From Botryllus schlosseri (lineage: Eukaryota), in NCBI GenBank assembly GCA_051294905.1, contig CM119381.1, forward strand, positions 23,188,001 to 23,252,000: DNA of 64,000 bases. Reading direction: 5' to 3'. Numbering within the stretch: position 1 is the first letter of the stretch; every line of letters starts with the position of its first letter. Shown piece after piece: positions 62,517 to 64,000 of this stretch. Both the position numbers and the translations under genes were made by a program. The notes under the pieces are model-generated. The model saw only the letters and a program-made list of their open reading frames with translations. It did not search any database and was not told where the DNA came from.

Positions 62517-63195
62517 GTGAGATGCACAATACACAATGCAGTGTATTGAATAAATAGTATGTCCAAACAATCAAGTACGGCATATCAATCCAACAACTTT
62601 GACCTACTGGAATTAATAGTATGAAGGTTTGATGAAATATATAATACTGTGTTATCATGATCTTCCTGCCGCCGTTCTATCGACACTATCATAGCCCGCT
62701 TTCCTTGTATTCGTCCTTCATCGGGTCTTTCCCTGGGCATATTAGTAATGACGCCACAAGAACAGCAACATGCTATCCACCAATTCCGCGCCAGAGGTTA
62801 TCCAACAAAAAAGAGCACACTCACAAAGAATGAAAAGAGCCGCGGAATACAGACTAAGATCGAAAAAGTAACTGTGACATCGGGCACTAGGCCAAGGTGG
62901 ATGCCAGTTTAAGAGACCGCAACTGGTAGTTCGGCATCCTCCAATCTGTACATTACATCGCATTGTACATTGTCTGTGTTTTGTTCAGATAGAAATATAA
63001 TCTGACGATAATTAATTATTAATATCATATATTTATTCAAATACAATTACTAATGTGATAAGTTGACATTGAACTAACATGTGAAAAGGCTACCAACGTC
63101 TTTATATCATTTTTGAAAAGGCTACTCAAGTCTTCATATTATTATTATCTATCGTCTGCTAAGATCTACAAAAAGTAACATTTCTTCATATAAAA

Positions 63196-63506
63196 CAGTG
63201 GTTCTCAAACTTTTTTAGACATTCCCCCTTCATGATAGTTAAAAATTTCACTCCCCCCTTATCGCTATATCACAAAATATCAAAGTGAGCTATCAGAATG
63301 CTAGCAATCTCAACGGATAGTTGATGGCATTGAAGGTTATGGCTGTTAATAAGAGAATTCTCAACATAAAATTCGGACAATAACCATGAGGCGGAGGTAA
63401 TTCGGGCGGAGCGCCAATAAGATATTCATTTAACTGCAGCTTCGCGACCCCCTCAGATGCTTCCACGGCCCCAAGGGAGAGCTTGCCCCCAGTTTGAGAA
63501 CCACTG
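63196..63506. mobile_element. Short hAT MITE
   Basis: TIR CAGTGGTTCTCAAAC...GTTTGAGAACCACTG; TSD ATATAAAA/ATACAAAA (7/8). Confidence 0.9.
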
Positions 63507-64000
63507 ATACAAAACATCAAGATACTATTCAATATGATGCGGCAAATCTTCACAGCAAATATTGATATGCATCAGATTAATAAAATATTGTTTATAAAAT
63601 TCTAGTTATTATTTTCCCCGTTTGTACACTAACCAACTAAAAACATTTTTCAGTGGCATTAACATGAATTCATGAAGGCACAGGCATTTTTCTAAGTTAA
63701 AGAGGCGAGTTGTTGCTACAATGCATAAACCTAATAACTGTAGCTATGTGATTTTAGAATATCACCAAAGGAGCCATCCCAAACCTGGGCAACCGAAGTT
63801 TCAAATCTGACATTTTGTACAGGCGTAGATGAGCTAATTTCGAACACAATAAACTTCATTCGAGTAAAATTGAACTATGGGGTAAAAATTTACGTCATTT
63901 TGAGTATTGACAATTTCCTATTCATTTCGGGTCTTATCATTCAGGTTTTATCAATGTAATATTCAAAAAGGTGTAAACATATGTTGGATTACAGTTCAGA

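Overview
AT-rich eukaryotic genomic DNA with many short GT-AG introns. It is inferred to come from an invertebrate animal, possibly a tunicate-like deuterostome. Two divergent multi-exon genes dominate. (1) A ~44-kb minus-strand locus (~45311 to ~1270) encodes a very large, apparently secreted mosaic protein: signal peptide, PAN/apple, TSP1 x3, SRCR-like, kringle x2, C-type lectin x4+, F5/8-C discoidin x4+, WSC, AbfB-like and LamG/pentraxin-like modules. It could be more than one gene. (2) A plus-strand SPICE1 (CCDC52) orthologue lies at 53056-62139. The 3' end of a third, unidentified minus-strand gene may lie at the right edge. Introns and intergenic DNA hold many mobile elements: hAT MITEs with 8-bp TSDs (one nested in another's TIR), a decayed piggyBac (TTAA TSD), a tRNA-derived SINE, and three Penelope-like (PLE) remnant loci carrying minimal hammerhead ribozyme motifs. 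Two elements stand out. One is a 4.8-kb ORF-poor LTR element with LTRs identical by eye that carries a PLE-type hammerhead motif internally. The other is a ~1-kb Merlin-like foldback built from inverted TTAGGG-like arrays in SPICE1 intron 1. All exon boundaries and domain calls were made by eye, without database searches.
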